Source: a virus
DNA: 64,000 nt
Reading direction: 5' to 3' (one strand)
Virus record (IMG/VR): IMGVR_UViG_3300038443_001768
Positions 62,894 through 64,000 of the stretch are shown one piece after another. Below the pieces are notes generated by a model. The model saw only the letters and a program-made list of their open reading frames with translations. It did no database searches and was not told the DNA's origin. The position numbers and the translations under genes were made by a program. How positions within the stretch are numbered: the first letter of the stretch is position 1; each line of letters opens with the position of its first letter.

Positions 62894-64000
62894 TGCCTAA
62901 GCTATCGCGCGGCGAGGACCAGCTAGAACTATCACTAACCGGCGCCGAGGATTTCCAGGCCGCGCTGGCCGCGGTCAAGGCGATTCCGGGCCGTCGCTTC
63001 GACGGTGACCGCAAGCTGTGGTGCTTCCCGGAAGATCCGTCGATCGCAGAGCGTCTCATGGTGACGGTGAAGCCTGAGCTTTCGCCTGACCTGTTGGGCT
63101 GGATCAAGGCCTCCAAGAAGAGCAGCCAGAAGGAACTCGTCACACCGCTTCCCGACGACGCCGAACTCATCGTTCCTTGGGCCAACGCTCGCGTTCCGTG
63201 GCAGCCTGAGTTCGTTGGGCCGAAGACAAACCAGGTGGAATTCAAGGGCTTGTACGCCTTCCAGCGCGCGTTTGTTGATTTCGCGGCGGACAAGTCCGAC
63301 GACAACGCAGCGTTGCTGCTAGCCGACGATATGGGGTGTGGGAAGTGCGCTCAGAGTTCCTCAGCAATCATCGAATGGCTAATGCGCTCAGCCGGCCTCT
63401 ACGAGATGCTCGCCAACAACCCCAACGGCGTCCCCGTCGAGGGCCTCGCCTGCGCTGCCGATATGTTGAAGTGGGCCGCCGTCGAAGACGGACCGAAGCT
63501 CATCATCTCGCCAGCGTCGGTGAAGGGAACCTGGGGTCGCGAGCTTCGCATGTGGCTCGGTCAGGCTGAGCCCATCTTCGTCATCGACGGGGCGGCCACG
63601 CCAAGGCGCCGCAACGCACAGCTTCTCGACGCCATCAACAACTCCGGTTGGGCGGTCATCAACTGGGAGCAGCTTCGCGTCAAGCGGGAGATCCGTAAGG
63701 TCCGCACACGTATGGTGCACGCCTTGACGGGTGAATTCTTGGGCTGGAAGGAGAAGGACAAGGAGGTCACGGTTCTCCGTGAGCCACTGTTTGAGGAGAC
63801 TCCCTGGGTGGCCGCCATCGCTGATGAGGCGCACCGCGCAAAGAATCGTAAGGCGCTGACCACGCAAGGTCTGTGGCGCGTTGGTGCGCGCTTCAAGATG
63901 GCCTTGACGGGTACCCCGCTCATGAACTCGCCGGACGAGTTGTGGTCGATTCTGCGCTGGTTGTACCCAGACGAATACACCTCGTACTGGCGGTTCTTCG
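62893..64000 (+). CDS. SNF2-family helicase; runs off right edge
   Basis: LADDMGCGK (motif I), SVKGTWGRE, INWE, ADEAHRAKN, LTGTPLMNSPDELWS; absent from ORF track. Confidence 0.9.
   Translation, partial: MPKLSRGEDQLELSLTGAEDFQAALAAVKAIPGRRFDGDRKLWCFPEDPSIAERLMVTVKPELSPDLLGWIKASKKSSQKELVTPLPDDAELIVPWANARVPWQPEFVGPKTNQVEFKGLYAFQRAFVDFAADKSDDNAALLLADDMGCGKCAQSSSAIIEWLMRSAGLYEMLANNPNGVPVEGLACAADMLKWAAVEDGPKLIISPASVKGTWGRELRMWLGQAEPIFVIDGAATPRRRNAQLLDAINNSGWAVINWEQLRVKREIRKVRTRMVHALTGEFLGWKEKDKEVTVLREPLFEETPWVAAIADEAHRAKNRKALTTQGLWRVGARFKMALTGTPLMNSPDELWSILRWLYPDEYTSYWRFF

Noticed and set aside
63320-63420. Intein at helicase motif I (GK-C)
   Set aside because: The sequence continues directly into helicase motifs Ia-III at normal spacing; no intein blocks or HN terminus

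Overview
This window is a 64-kb segment of a large, high-GC tailed bacteriophage. The host is probably actinobacterial, inferred from many TTGACA-N17-TANNNT promoters that drive leaderless mRNAs. Genes at 1-15.1 kb are on the minus strand: a beta-helix tail spike/depolymerase running off the left edge (missed by the ORF track), two HNH proteins, a Nudix hydrolase, a SLOG protein, a HAD phosphatase and a lipoprotein module. A ~2.2-kb repeat-rich non-coding divergence region (15.1-17.3 kb) follows. The plus-strand arm (17.3-64 kb) carries well over 100 small early/host-takeover-type genes, then a DGQHR (DndB-like) protein, RNA ligase, metallophosphoesterase, HD hydrolase, nicotinamidase, MazG-like pyrophosphatase, NadR-like P-loop protein and a SNF2 helicase running off the right edge. 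I saw no integrase, CRISPR array, rRNA or complete tRNA. The most notable signals are non-coding: (1) a divergent, minimised RNase P RNA at 9177-9471 (minus strand); (2) a strand-polarised 9-mer, GAGCTATCC, found 21 times across the early operon, often fused to ribosome-binding sites or to covarying hairpin elements; (3) several other structured-RNA candidates, including a T-loop minihelix, a pseudoknotted 121-nt RNA and a switch-like leader on the DGQHR gene. All counts and folds were done by eye, and family names come from motif recognition, not database searches.
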